A stretch of DNA of 64,000 nt, taken from NCBI GenBank assembly GCA_965240325.2, contig OZ251234.1:558001-622000 (forward strand). Direction: 5' to 3'. This DNA is from Rebecca billardiae RCC1528 (Eukaryota > Protista > Haptophyta). The position numbers and the translations under genes were made by a program. The notes beneath the pieces are model-generated. The model saw nothing but the letters and a program-made list of their open reading frames with translations, had not been told where the DNA came from and did no database searches. Shown piece by piece: positions 1-9,487 of this stretch; within the stretch, counting starts at the first letter, position 1, and the number at the start of each line of letters is the position of its first letter.

Positions 1-212
1 GCGGTTGCTCGTCTTGTTCGCGCCGAACTCCGCGGGGCGAAGGCCGTCGCGAGCTCCAGGTCTGGAGCGGGAACGCATCAACGCCGAGTTCGCCTCCGCT
101 CGGCTGCTGGCGTGGCGTTGGTGGAAGAGGAAAGCCCGCAACGGGCTCAACTGGCCCGCCGCCTCCCTCGCGAGGGTTCGGCCGCCTCAACACCCCGTGA
201 AGGCTCGGTCGT

Positions 213-743
213 ATGGAGCAGCTCAAAGCCCTCAAGTCGTTCACCCCGGGCGACAAGGAGAACCTGGTCACCAAGCACGCGCAGGTGCTCGAGGCAAAGC
301 AGCAGCTCGATGATGTCGTCGCCGAGAAGGACGAGCAGCTCGTCGTGCTCAACAAGATGCTGTGCGACCTGATGGCGGAGCGCGACGCGGCGGTGCGCGA
401 AGCGGAGGCGCTCCGCCAGCTCACATCGGTGAACGAGCAGCTCCGCTCCGAGAACAGCAGGCTGATGACGCAGGTGCACGATCTGGAGGAGCAGGTGGAG
501 GAGCTCAACACGGAGCTCGCGGCGCGCGAGCAGGAGCGGCCACCCTCGGAAGCGCCGTCCGGGCCGCCCCCGTCGATTCCGCACTCGTTCTACGTCGCGA
601 GCCCCGCCAAACCGCCCCGGCGAGAGGTCATCGCACGGCCCATGTCCCTCGCTTCGCATCGCTCGACTCACCACCTCACTGCTGCCGATCGCGCGCGCTT
701 GCACGACACAATGACGCGGGCGATGCTGCTCAAAAAGTGGTGA
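213..743 (+). CDS. Hypothetical coiled-coil protein (176 aa)
   Basis: ATG-initiated ORF with E/Q/L/K-rich heptad-like segment (LEEQVEELNTELAAREQE) and Pro/Ser-rich tail; codon usage like neighbouring genes. No family recognised. Confidence 0.7.
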   Translation: MEQLKALKSFTPGDKENLVTKHAQVLEAKQQLDDVVAEKDEQLVVLNKMLCDLMAERDAAVREAEALRQLTSVNEQLRSENSRLMTQVHDLEEQVEELNTELAAREQERPPSEAPSGPPPSIPHSFYVASPAKPPRREVIARPMSLASHRSTHHLTAADRARLHDTMTRAMLLKKW

Positions 744-1561
744 GGCGGCGCAAGGCCCTGGACGTTGCTGCTCATGGGGCCGTTCGCAGGAAGCCGTCGC
801 ACGACCGTCAGGGTGCCCACTCGCGCAGCGGCCCTGCACGCAGCGCGGGCTGCGACCACCGCGCACTCGTGATCGCCTCACACTCGTCCTGTGACAAGCC
901 CTTCTCCGACCGCGCTGGCGCGGCAATATGCGTGGGAGCGGCCTGCCAGGCAGCCTTGACGGCTGGGCTGGCAGCCAGGCTCGCGCAAAGCCCGCGAACA
1001 CAGAATGGTTCCGTGTTGCGGCTTGATCGGACTCGGCATCAGGCCTGCGAGGCTGCTCTTGTCACGGATTGCCTCGGCAGCGAGGCAGGCGCCCGATCGG
1101 CCGATCGTGCCTCGTGGCGATGCGACTCGCGCGTCGTCAGCCAGAGCGGCATCCTGGCTGTGGGTCACGGGCAGCCAGAATCATCGGCTCGTGGCCAGGT
1201 TCGGGCGGCCCGGTGCGACTCACTGACGGCCCGGCGGTGTGACACTGTGACAGGCTCGCGGCAATTTATATTCGTCATATCGCGTATTTAAGTATTCTGT
1301 TTGACACTCGGGCGCCACTCGGCGTGATGACAGACAGACAGACACTAGACAGTTAACACTACCGTTCGTTCAGGCGCATTATTATCCGACGAATAATTTA
1401 TTCCGCGTAGTCATCGTATTCCGGCGGGCTATGATACAATTGATGATGCGCGCCTCCACTCTCCAGGTCAAGTCACCAGTCCGCCAACGAATTCCATATG
1501 ATGATCCATATTCCATGATCCCGGAGTAACTAGCTACTACTACTAGTCATTCATTCACGTC

Positions 1562-3220
1562 TCATGACGATTGACGACATGATGACGCCGCGTCTGCGAC
1601 ACCGCCGGCGCCATTGGCATTGTCCTGAACGACGTCGCCGAGCTGCCACTTCGTGGGCGTCGGCGACTTCAGCTGCCAGCCGCCGAGATGCTGCCAGTCC
1701 GTGAGCAGAGCGTGTCGTGCGTCCGCGTATGTGGTGCTTGCGCGCTTAGCGCCGACCGCATCCAGCTCCAGCAGGTCGTCCCGCCCCGCGTGGTCGCACA
1801 GTGAGCGGAAGCGCGCGTGGAGGGCACGCGAGCAGATGGCGCTTGTCCGCCCAGGGAGCGACGGCCGGGGCTGCGAGCCGATCGCGCGCTCGACCGCGTC
1901 GGTGATCGGTAGGCCCGTCAGCGCGTCGAGCACCTCCGCGTGCGTGCACGCCGCCGACCACCACAGCGCGCGCGGGTCGTCAAAGCACGCGTGCTGCGCG
2001 TTGTGCTGCTCGGTGCAGATGGCGGTGTCCGGATCGAGCTTGACGGCCGTGCACAGCGCTGCCACGTGCGCCACGCGGTACGCGCTCCCCGCGGGCGGGA
2101 GCAGCCGAGGGCCAGCGCGGCGGCGGCGCTTGGACGCGGAGCCGCCCGCAGGGCCGCCCACCGCGCCGTCCGCCCCGGGCGCGGCGGGCGGCGCAAAGTC
2201 CTGCGCGCGGCAGCACACTGCGCGCTCGAGGCACGCGCGGTGGAACTTGCGGCCGACCGTGAGCGTCTCCAGGGTGCACGGCTCTGGCAGGAGGTGGGAG
2301 AGCAGCCCGCCCTGCAGCCCGAGGCACTGCCAGCGGCAGAGCTTGTCGCTGCACGTGTGTGTGCGCCCCGAGCCAGCCGTGCCCACCGGCGCCGTGCCTG
2401 GGGCGTGGACGATGTTGCCCTCAGCGCCCGCGGGCGCCCCCACCGTGGGCGCGCCCGCCTTGACATCTGTCGGCACACCGCATGCGGCAGGCGCGGCAGC
2501 GGGCGCGCGCGGCTCCGCAGGCGGCTTCTTGAGCAGGCGCGCGAGCTGCCCCTGCGCGCGCTGCGGCCAGAACTGCCGCGCGTGCTGCGCCAGCTCGCGC
2601 GGCCACGCGTCGGCGCCCAGCTGCGTGAACGGCCGCTCGGCAGCGCCCTTGGCCCAGCGCTTGACCGACGCATTGCCGCACGGCTGCGACGACGAGTACA
2701 TGTGCAGGCTCACGCCCGCGCGCAGCCGCCACGCGTGCGGCGGGTCGCTCGACGGCCCCACCGGCTCGAGCAGCCGCGGGCGCGCGCCGCCGGCGGTGCA
2801 CGCGAGCTGCTCGGCCGCAGGCGCCGCCACGCCGAGCGCCGCCTCGAGCTCGGCGTACAGGAGATGCACAAACGCGCGGCGGGCGAGCACCTCGGCGTGG
2901 CTGTCGCGCACGAGCTCGCCGGTCACGTCCGCCTCGACCGCCTCGGGCCGCAGGAACTTGGTCCCGCAACCCCAAGCGACGCACTCCAGGCTTGCCGGCT
3001 CGCAGGAGGTGTCGAGCACGCAAATGCCTGCGACGACGGTCTGACGCCGAGCCTCGCGGCGCTCGGCGTCAAACATGCCGCCCTCACGACGATACGCCGC
3101 GAGCACGCACGAAGCAACGCGATCGGCGAACGCGCACGTCGCCACGCGGTCCTTCTCCGCGGAGCGGACCGCCTTGGGCGGCTCTGGGGCAGGCTGCGCG
3201 TCGGGCGGCGGCTCCGCCAT
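1562..3220 (-). CDS. ADAT1: Adenosine deaminase acting on RNA family, tRNA-specific ADAT1/Tad1-like
   Basis: Zinc/catalytic motifs DSHAEVLARRAF, SSQPCGNAS and TCSDKLCRWQCLGLQGGLL plus GCGTK. No dsRNA-binding domain, which favours ADAT1 over ADAR. Confidence 0.85.
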   Translation of the reverse strand: MAEPPPDAQPAPEPPKAVRSAEKDRVATCAFADRVASCVLAAYRREGGMFDAERREARRQTVVAGICVLDTSCEPASLECVAWGCGTKFLRPEAVEADVTGELVRDSHAEVLARRAFVHLLYAELEAALGVAAPAAEQLACTAGGARPRLLEPVGPSSDPPHAWRLRAGVSLHMYSSSQPCGNASVKRWAKGAAERPFTQLGADAWPRELAQHARQFWPQRAQGQLARLLKKPPAEPRAPAAAPAACGVPTDVKAGAPTVGAPAGAEGNIVHAPGTAPVGTAGSGRTHTCSDKLCRWQCLGLQGGLLSHLLPEPCTLETLTVGRKFHRACLERAVCCRAQDFAPPAAPGADGAVGGPAGGSASKRRRRAGPRLLPPAGSAYRVAHVAALCTAVKLDPDTAICTEQHNAQHACFDDPRALWWSAACTHAEVLDALTGLPITDAVERAIGSQPRPSLPGRTSAICSRALHARFRSLCDHAGRDDLLELDAVGAKRASTTYADARHALLTDWQHLGGWQLKSPTPTKWQLGDVVQDNANGAGGVADAASSCRQSS

Positions 3221-3337
3221 CGTGATTCGTTACTACCGAAGTAATTGTTACACAAACTAGCTTACCCCCATACAATACTGAAGTAGGAAACTGAACGCGA
3301 GTGTACAGTAGCTATGATAGCTGTCTGCTTCGTCTGG

Positions 3338-4501
3338 TCAAGCAGCCTGGTCGGCGCCGGGCTTCGCCTTTGCTCGCGGCGGGGTGTTGCCAGCGCGCGA
3401 CGCTCTCGTATCCGGTCGCGTGAGCCCTCTGTGGCAGCCATCCACGCCGACGGGGCTGTCGAGCACGGCGATTGCCAGCGTGCGCAGCTGCTGCGGGGAC
3501 GGCGGCGCGCTGCGCTCGCCCCACGTCGCCCTCCCGCGGTCCGAGCGCAGCTTGAAGGGGACGCGCTCGCTGCTGGCGTTGACGAGGGCGCCGCACGTGA
3601 GCCCGCGCGAGGTGATGTGGAATGTGTGCGCCGTCTCCGACGCGAACTGCCGCCGTTGCCCCGGGTAGCGCCAGGGGCAGGATGGCAGCCCATCATACCT
3701 GCAGCCGCACTGCTCGTGCCACCACTGCCGGCCGTTGCGCCAGCCGGCGCACTTGGGGTGCGCCGCCGCCTGCGCGCGGTACGCCGCCATCTGCGCCGCC
3801 GACACCTCCTCCCGCCACTGCCCGCGGCAGCTGTCCCCGGCGCTCGGCCACAGCGCGTACAGCGCGCACGCCTGCTCGAACAGGTCGGCGTACGCACGCA
3901 CAAAGTCGGCCGGCCGAGCCGCGAACGCGCGGTCCGTCCATGCGAGCACGACGCCGTGCGTCCCGGCCATGTAGCCGTCGAGCTGCGAGGGCGTGACCCA
4001 GCCGATGATGTCGGTGCGCCATCTGAGCACGTAGTCGTACCCGCTGAAGTCGAAGTTCGCGATCGCCACCGCGAGGCAGTACCACTGGTGCGAGTTGAAC
4101 AGCATGGACGCCATCACGCCACGCTGCTCGTACCCGCGGCCGATCAGCACGACGCGCTCGCGGACGGAGCGCGAGAGCTTGCCCGCGAGCACGGCGTAGC
4201 GCAGGTATGTGACCACGTGCACGTCTGTCGGCGCCAGCTGCGCCTCCAACCGCTGCAGGTGCTTCAGGTGCGCGATGCGCAGCTCTCCGGTCAGCAGCGT
4301 CGCCACACGCACGCTGCCGCCCGCCGAGCGCTGCTGCTCCGCTGTCAGGTTCGCCGGGCGTGCGCGGGCGGCCAAAGGTCGAGCCGGGGGCGGCGCGCGA
4401 GGCGCGAGCTCGCGGACTCCCGCGGCCAACAGCACGAGCAGCGCGCAGGTTGCCGCCAGCGCAATCCATCGCCGCCTCACGTCCGCAGCGCACGGCGGCA
4501 T
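3338..4501 (-). CDS. Type II membrane protein, putative glycosyltransferase-like
   Basis: ATG at 4501; N-terminal TM anchor (WIALAATCALLVLLAAGV), Pro-rich stem, then VATLLTGELR and YDYVLRWRTD, resembling uncharacterised GT-like families with a YDxVxRxRxD motif. Confidence 0.6.
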   Translation of the reverse strand: MPPCAADVRRRWIALAATCALLVLLAAGVRELAPRAPPPARPLAARARPANLTAEQQRSAGGSVRVATLLTGELRIAHLKHLQRLEAQLAPTDVHVVTYLRYAVLAGKLSRSVRERVVLIGRGYEQRGVMASMLFNSHQWYCLAVAIANFDFSGYDYVLRWRTDIIGWVTPSQLDGYMAGTHGVVLAWTDRAFAARPADFVRAYADLFEQACALYALWPSAGDSCRGQWREEVSAAQMAAYRAQAAAHPKCAGWRNGRQWWHEQCGCRYDGLPSCPWRYPGQRRQFASETAHTFHITSRGLTCGALVNASSERVPFKLRSDRGRATWGERSAPPSPQQLRTLAIAVLDSPVGVDGCHRGLTRPDTRASRAGNTPPRAKAKPGADQAA

Positions 4502-4509
4502 TGCTGACA

Positions 4510-6075
4510 ATGGCGACCCGACTCCCGCCGCCGACCGCGGATGCGCGCGCTGTGCTGCTCAGCTGGGTTGGGCGCGTGCACGGCGCGGCGGAGGCGCTGG
4601 CCGCGCTGCAGCTCGAGGAAACCGCTGCGCCACGCCGCCCGCAGCTGCTCGACCTGCCCGCCGAGATGCTTGCCCTCGTCTGCGCCGCCGTGGCCAATCC
4701 GCTCGACCTCGTGTGCGCGCGCGCCGTGTGCAAGCCGCTACGGCGCGCCGCCGAGCGCGCGCTGCGCGAGAAGGGCGGGCATGAGGGTGGGAAGACGATC
4801 GTTGAGCTCACCCTCGCCGCGCTGCGCCGCGCCTCGCCATCAACCCTCGCCACTGTGAACGCGAGCACCTGTGCGGCGCTTTGCGCGGACGGGCGCGTGC
4901 ATGCGTGGGGCCGTGACGTGCACTTCGACAGGGCCGTGGCCGCCGAGCCGCGCGTGGTTGGGCTCGCTCTGGCTGGCTTTCACCGCGATGTGCTGATGCT
5001 TGATAGCGCAGGCCACGTGCGCCAGACGGAGCTTGGCCCTGCGCTCTGGCCGGGCCGGGTGCTCTCACCGGCCGGTGACAGCACGGCGCGCTGCGTGAGC
5101 GTGCGCGCGAGCGGCAGCCGCGCCGTGCTGCTCAGCGCGGCGGGCCGCGCGTGCGTCACGGCCGACACGCGCCGGCCGAGCTGGGCGTGGGTGCGGCTGC
5201 CGCTGCGCGCGCGCGTGCTGGGCGTGGCCGCAGGCGTGGACATCGTGCTGCTGAGAGACGACCGCGGCCGCGCGCACTCGCTCGGCGCATGCGGCCCGGC
5301 GCTCGGCCGCGGGCTGCCCCGTGCGCCCTCGCCGCCGCGCGAGCCGCGTTCCGGACCTTTCGACGCCGCCATTGCAGAGGCTGGCACGGAGGTGGGCTGC
5401 GGTCGCGTGTGCGCGCTGGAGGGCGAGGTGGTCGTGGACGTCGCGGCAGGCGGCACGTGGCGGGCCTATGCGGGCATGCGCCGCTTCGATCAGCCGGCCA
5501 ACTCGCGCGCCGGCGTCTCACTCTTTGCGTGCGCGTCAGGCCGCGTGTACGCGTGCGGCGCGAGCAGCGCGTGCGGCGCGCTCGGCCTTCCGCGCGCGCC
5601 CGGTGCGCCCGACGTGCCCGAGCCCGAGCCACTCGAGCCGCTCGCGGCCGCAGGCGCGGGCCGCGTGGCGCGCGTGGGCGTGGGGCTTGGCTTTGGCCTC
5701 GCGCTCGACGACGAGGGCGCTGTTTTCGCGTGGGGGCTTGGCCTGGCTGGTGGGGCGGGGCGGCTGCGCGACGAGGCCTCGTGCGCCGAGTGGCGTTCGC
5801 CGCGCGCTGTGCGGCTGCCGCCCTCCGAGGCGCGTGTGACGGGGATGGAGACCTCGGCAGAAGCACGGCATGCGCTGCTGCTGCGTGCGGACGGCTCGCT
5901 GCTCGGGCTCGGCCGCGAGTCGGAGTGCTGGCAGCGGGAGCTCGGCCGCGCCGACAGCACGCCGGCGGCGGACCACGTCTCAGTCATTGCGGCATCCGAC
6001 GCCAGCTCCTCCCTCATCGCGCCCTCTACTGGCCACTACGGGGCCGTCGCGTACCGCGTGTCAGAAGGCGAATAA
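4510..6075 (+). CDS. F-box protein with RCC1-like repeats
   Basis: F-box LLDLPAEMLALVCAAVANPLDLVCARAVCKPLR; RCC1-type repeats (ADGRVHAWG, VVDVAAGG, SGRVYACG, VGVGLGFGLALDDEGAVFAWG). First ATG at 4510. Confidence 0.8.
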   Translation: MATRLPPPTADARAVLLSWVGRVHGAAEALAALQLEETAAPRRPQLLDLPAEMLALVCAAVANPLDLVCARAVCKPLRRAAERALREKGGHEGGKTIVELTLAALRRASPSTLATVNASTCAALCADGRVHAWGRDVHFDRAVAAEPRVVGLALAGFHRDVLMLDSAGHVRQTELGPALWPGRVLSPAGDSTARCVSVRASGSRAVLLSAAGRACVTADTRRPSWAWVRLPLRARVLGVAAGVDIVLLRDDRGRAHSLGACGPALGRGLPRAPSPPREPRSGPFDAAIAEAGTEVGCGRVCALEGEVVVDVAAGGTWRAYAGMRRFDQPANSRAGVSLFACASGRVYACGASSACGALGLPRAPGAPDVPEPEPLEPLAAAGAGRVARVGVGLGFGLALDDEGAVFAWGLGLAGGAGRLRDEASCAEWRSPRAVRLPPSEARVTGMETSAEARHALLLRADGSLLGLGRESECWQRELGRADSTPAADHVSVIAASDASSSLIAPSTGHYGAVAYRVSEGE

Positions 6076-6404
6076 CTCAATAAGCGATGCGCATGGCGGC
6101 GGCGGCATCTTAGCATCAGCAATATAAGCGACGACGCTGCGCGCGCAAATATGTTTTTGCTGGGATGCTGCCGCTGTAGAGTGATGCTGCGCTGATGATC
6201 GACACATCGCGCAGGACTGTATCGTCACTATCGCGTTCAGACTTCAGATCGCCGCGCGCGTGTCGGCTGATCATCGTCAATTTGACCGCGACGACACTGG
6301 CGGCACCGGCCGACCTATCCCTGTGCGCCGCCGCTCGTGTTGCCGCGGCGGCATGATCACGCACAGCAGCCGCAGCAGCATTGATGCACGCCGAGTCGTA
6401 GCCC

Positions 6405-7888
6405 TCACAACAACGAGCTCAACCCGCCGACCACGCGCGGCAGCGCCACTGCTGGGGCAGCAGGGTACAGGTCGCGCATCGCTCCAAACATGTCGGCGCG
6501 CATCAGGTTCTCCACAAAGAGCTGGCCGAAGGAGCAGATGACGAGCGCCGTCAGCGCCGTCTTGAGCGGCGCGGGCAGCGCGCGCAGCTGCGCGCGCACG
6601 CGCGCGGGCAGCGCCGCGCCGAGCGCCAGCTCGATCGAGCAGAGCACAAACTGCATGCCGAAGAAGAGCGACACCTCACCAACGCGCATCCCGCCGTCCG
6701 CCAGCGGGTGCACGCAGATCGCCCACCTGCGGGGCGGCGCGGCGCAGGGGCAGCGCAGGCGGGGAGCCAAGGTCGGCACATTGCGTGCGCGCAGCGCGGG
6801 GCGTGCGCGTCGTGCGCGCGCGCGGCGCACATGAACTCGTGGAAGGCGGCGGAGCACACGAACGCAGCGAGCGCGCCAAGCGTCGCTGAGCCGCTCGCGC
6901 GCGCGACTGTGCGGAAGTAGGTGCGGTGCATGAGCCGGTGGATGATGAGGTTCCATCGCCGGCCCCAGAAGTCGCGGGGCGAGGTGGCGGCGAGCAGCGG
7001 CATGTCGAAGGCGGGCAGCGAGTCGTACCCCAGCAGGTGGATCGGGATGCGGCTGAGCGTCGACACCCACTCGCCGCAGGAGACGAGGCACCACGCCCAG
7101 TAGTACACGTCCAGCACCGCGCCGCGCGGGCCGAGTGCGCGGGCGAAGGGGCGGTAGCCGCTCGGCGTGCCGGCGTGCACCAGCAGCATGTTCAGGGCCA
7201 TGTACGCCGCGGCGTACGCGCCGAGCCGCGGGATGACCGCGCGCCTGGGCGGCGACGGCGCTGGGTACGCGCGCTGCTGGGCGCTGGCGCTGGCTTGCTC
7301 GGTGGACGGGGTGCGGCACAGCGCGGGCGGGGCGTCGGTGGCGGCAGCGACCGCGTCAGGCTGCTCGTCGAGCGCCTTGACCTTCTCGCGCACGTCCACA
7401 AAGCGCATGTCCGCCTGGTTGACAAAGTAGGCGATCCACGCGCGCATGTCTGCGGCGGCGCCGCGCGGGTGCGTGCCCAGCAAGGCCTCGATGCACTTGA
7501 AGAAGGTTGTCACCGCGCATGCGCTCGTGGTGAAGTACACCATGAAGTGCCGCATCACGGAGCGCAGCAGCACGAACGGGAAGACCGCGGCGGCCACTGC
7601 GAGCGCGGCGAGCGCAGCCAACCGAATCGCGCGCGGCACACGCGGCCCCGTGCGGAAGCGAACCGCATACGCGCACGCGGCGAGCGAGGCGGAGAAAGCG
7701 GTGTAGATCAAGTTCACCTTGGCCAGCTCGAGCCACAGGGTCAGCATGTGCGCATGCGAGGCTCCGAGCCCAAACATGACGCGGGTGCAGCGTTCGTTGC
7801 CGCCGTCTGCGTCGGCCGCGGGATTCCCTGCTTTGTGGCGTGAAGCTTCGCGGCCCAGGACCCGGGCGGCGTTGAGTGCCTTCTTCAT
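6405..7888 (-). CDS. MBOAT acyltransferase, wax synthase / sterol O-acyltransferase-like; exons 7888-6831 and 6726-6405
   Basis: FDMPLLAATSPRDFWGRRWN and AFVCSAAFHEFM (catalytic His); several TM helices. GT-AG intron 6830-6727 joins to a hydrophobic C-terminal exon. Start codon uncertain. Confidence 0.85.
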
Positions 7889-8129
7889 CGAAACTTTTGG
7901 CCAGCACGGACGTTCTGATTGGCTGAGCAAACGTTATTGCAAGGGCGGTGGTTATTGCGTCTGCGTCGATGGAGATCGCGAGTCCGGGACTCGCCAGAGC
8001 ACAAACTTGCCTTGCGACAGCCGTTTGCCGCAGACCGCCACGCCGCCTTGGTCTGTGTCACTGTGTGGGTCGCTTGCGTCCACCCTCGCTCGGCGTGCTC
8101 GTCCTCACCTTCGCGAGATCGCGAGGAGA

Positions 8130-8996
8130 ATGCCTCTCGCCGACTACCAGATTCTGCGCCAGCTCACCCAGCCATCGCCCTCCGGCAACAGCACCGTGCT
8201 CGTCGCAGAGCGCAACGCGCGCCTGTTTGCACTCAAGTTCGTCCGGCTCGAGGGCGAGGACGACGCGGCTGAGGAGCTTTTGGCGGCTGCGTGCCAAGAG
8301 CTCAAGATCCTCTCGACGCTACGCCACCCGCACATCGTGCGGCTGCGCGAGAGCGAGCGAGTAATCTCCGGGCGTGGAGTACAGCGTCTTCTCATCGTCA
8401 CCGACTTCGCCGAGGGCGGCTCGCTCAAGCAGAGGGTGCTCGACAGAGCCGGCGCGACGACGGGGACGCAGTGGAGCTTGCTCGCAGCTACGTGGGCGGC
8501 GCAGGTGTGCTCAGCAATCGCCTACTGCCACGAAAAGAAGGTGATTCACAGGGACATCAAGCTCGAGAACGTGGTCCTCTCTGCCGCAGGCGACGCGCTC
8601 GTCGTGGACTTTGGGTTTGCGCGCGAGCTCTCCCAGTCGGGCCAGGCGTCCACGCTCCTCGGCACGCCGACAAACATGGCCCCCGAGATGTGGGACAGCC
8701 GCAGCAAGTACGATGCCGCCACCGACGCGTGGGCTCTTGGGTGCTCGCTGTACGAGCTCGCCGCGCTCGTGCATCCCTTTGCACATGCGACGGACCCGCT
8801 CTCACTGCGCGCTCTCGTCTGCGGGCACACGCCAGCAGGTCTTCACGATGGTGCAGTGTCGGACGCCACGGAGCCCCACAGGGCGTGCTTGCTCAAGGCG
8901 TGCGCAGGGCTTCTGCGTCGCGATCCCAAGACTCGCGAATCGGCTGCAGGTGCCACTGTCTTGCTGGAGAGCATGTTTACTGCGGCGGCGGTCTAG
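8130..8996 (+). CDS. Ser/Thr protein kinase, NEK/NIMA-like, catalytic domain only
   Basis: FALK, alphaC Glu (QELKILSTLRHPHIV), HRDIKLEN, DFG, GTPTNMAPE, DAWALGCSLYEL; intronless. Confidence 0.88.
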   Translation: MPLADYQILRQLTQPSPSGNSTVLVAERNARLFALKFVRLEGEDDAAEELLAAACQELKILSTLRHPHIVRLRESERVISGRGVQRLLIVTDFAEGGSLKQRVLDRAGATTGTQWSLLAATWAAQVCSAIAYCHEKKVIHRDIKLENVVLSAAGDALVVDFGFARELSQSGQASTLLGTPTNMAPEMWDSRSKYDAATDAWALGCSLYELAALVHPFAHATDPLSLRALVCGHTPAGLHDGAVSDATEPHRACLLKACAGLLRRDPKTRESAAGATVLLESMFTAAAV

Positions 8997-9487
8997 GACT
9001 CCACTCGTTAGTAGCAACGTCGTGGCATGCAACTGGGTATTGTCGTTGGAACCTTGCGAGGCTCAGGCCGGACGAGTTCAAAAGAGAGAAGGAGAGAGTA
9101 GCCGGGAGAGACAGAGAGAGAGGTATCCCAGGCTGGGAATTCGTCCGGTGACGTGACCGTCACGTGTCGTCATTTGCGCCCGGAACAGCCGTGATGACGT
9201 GTCATCGCGTGACGAGTCCAGCCCACCGGGGGGTCAGAGGGGGGCTCCCACCAGGGGCCCCGCCTCCGCCGCAGCGCTGACTATTCATCATGCGGTCACG
9301 ACGATCTTTCGTCAGCAGTCGTCATCGTCAGATTGCTGTAGTCCCTAATGATGTCATCCCGGCCTCGCGACGACGCGCAAACGCACTGCTGGGCACTGCA
9401 GCGAGTCCGGGTGATACTGATAGTGAGTGATCACGACTCTGTCGACTGCTCGGGTGCCCCGGCGAACAGAGCTCACAGCCTAGCTAG

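Noticed and set aside
1562-3220. mRNA-editing ADAR
   Set aside because: No dsRNA-binding domain; a standalone deaminase domain fits tRNA-editing ADAT1 better.
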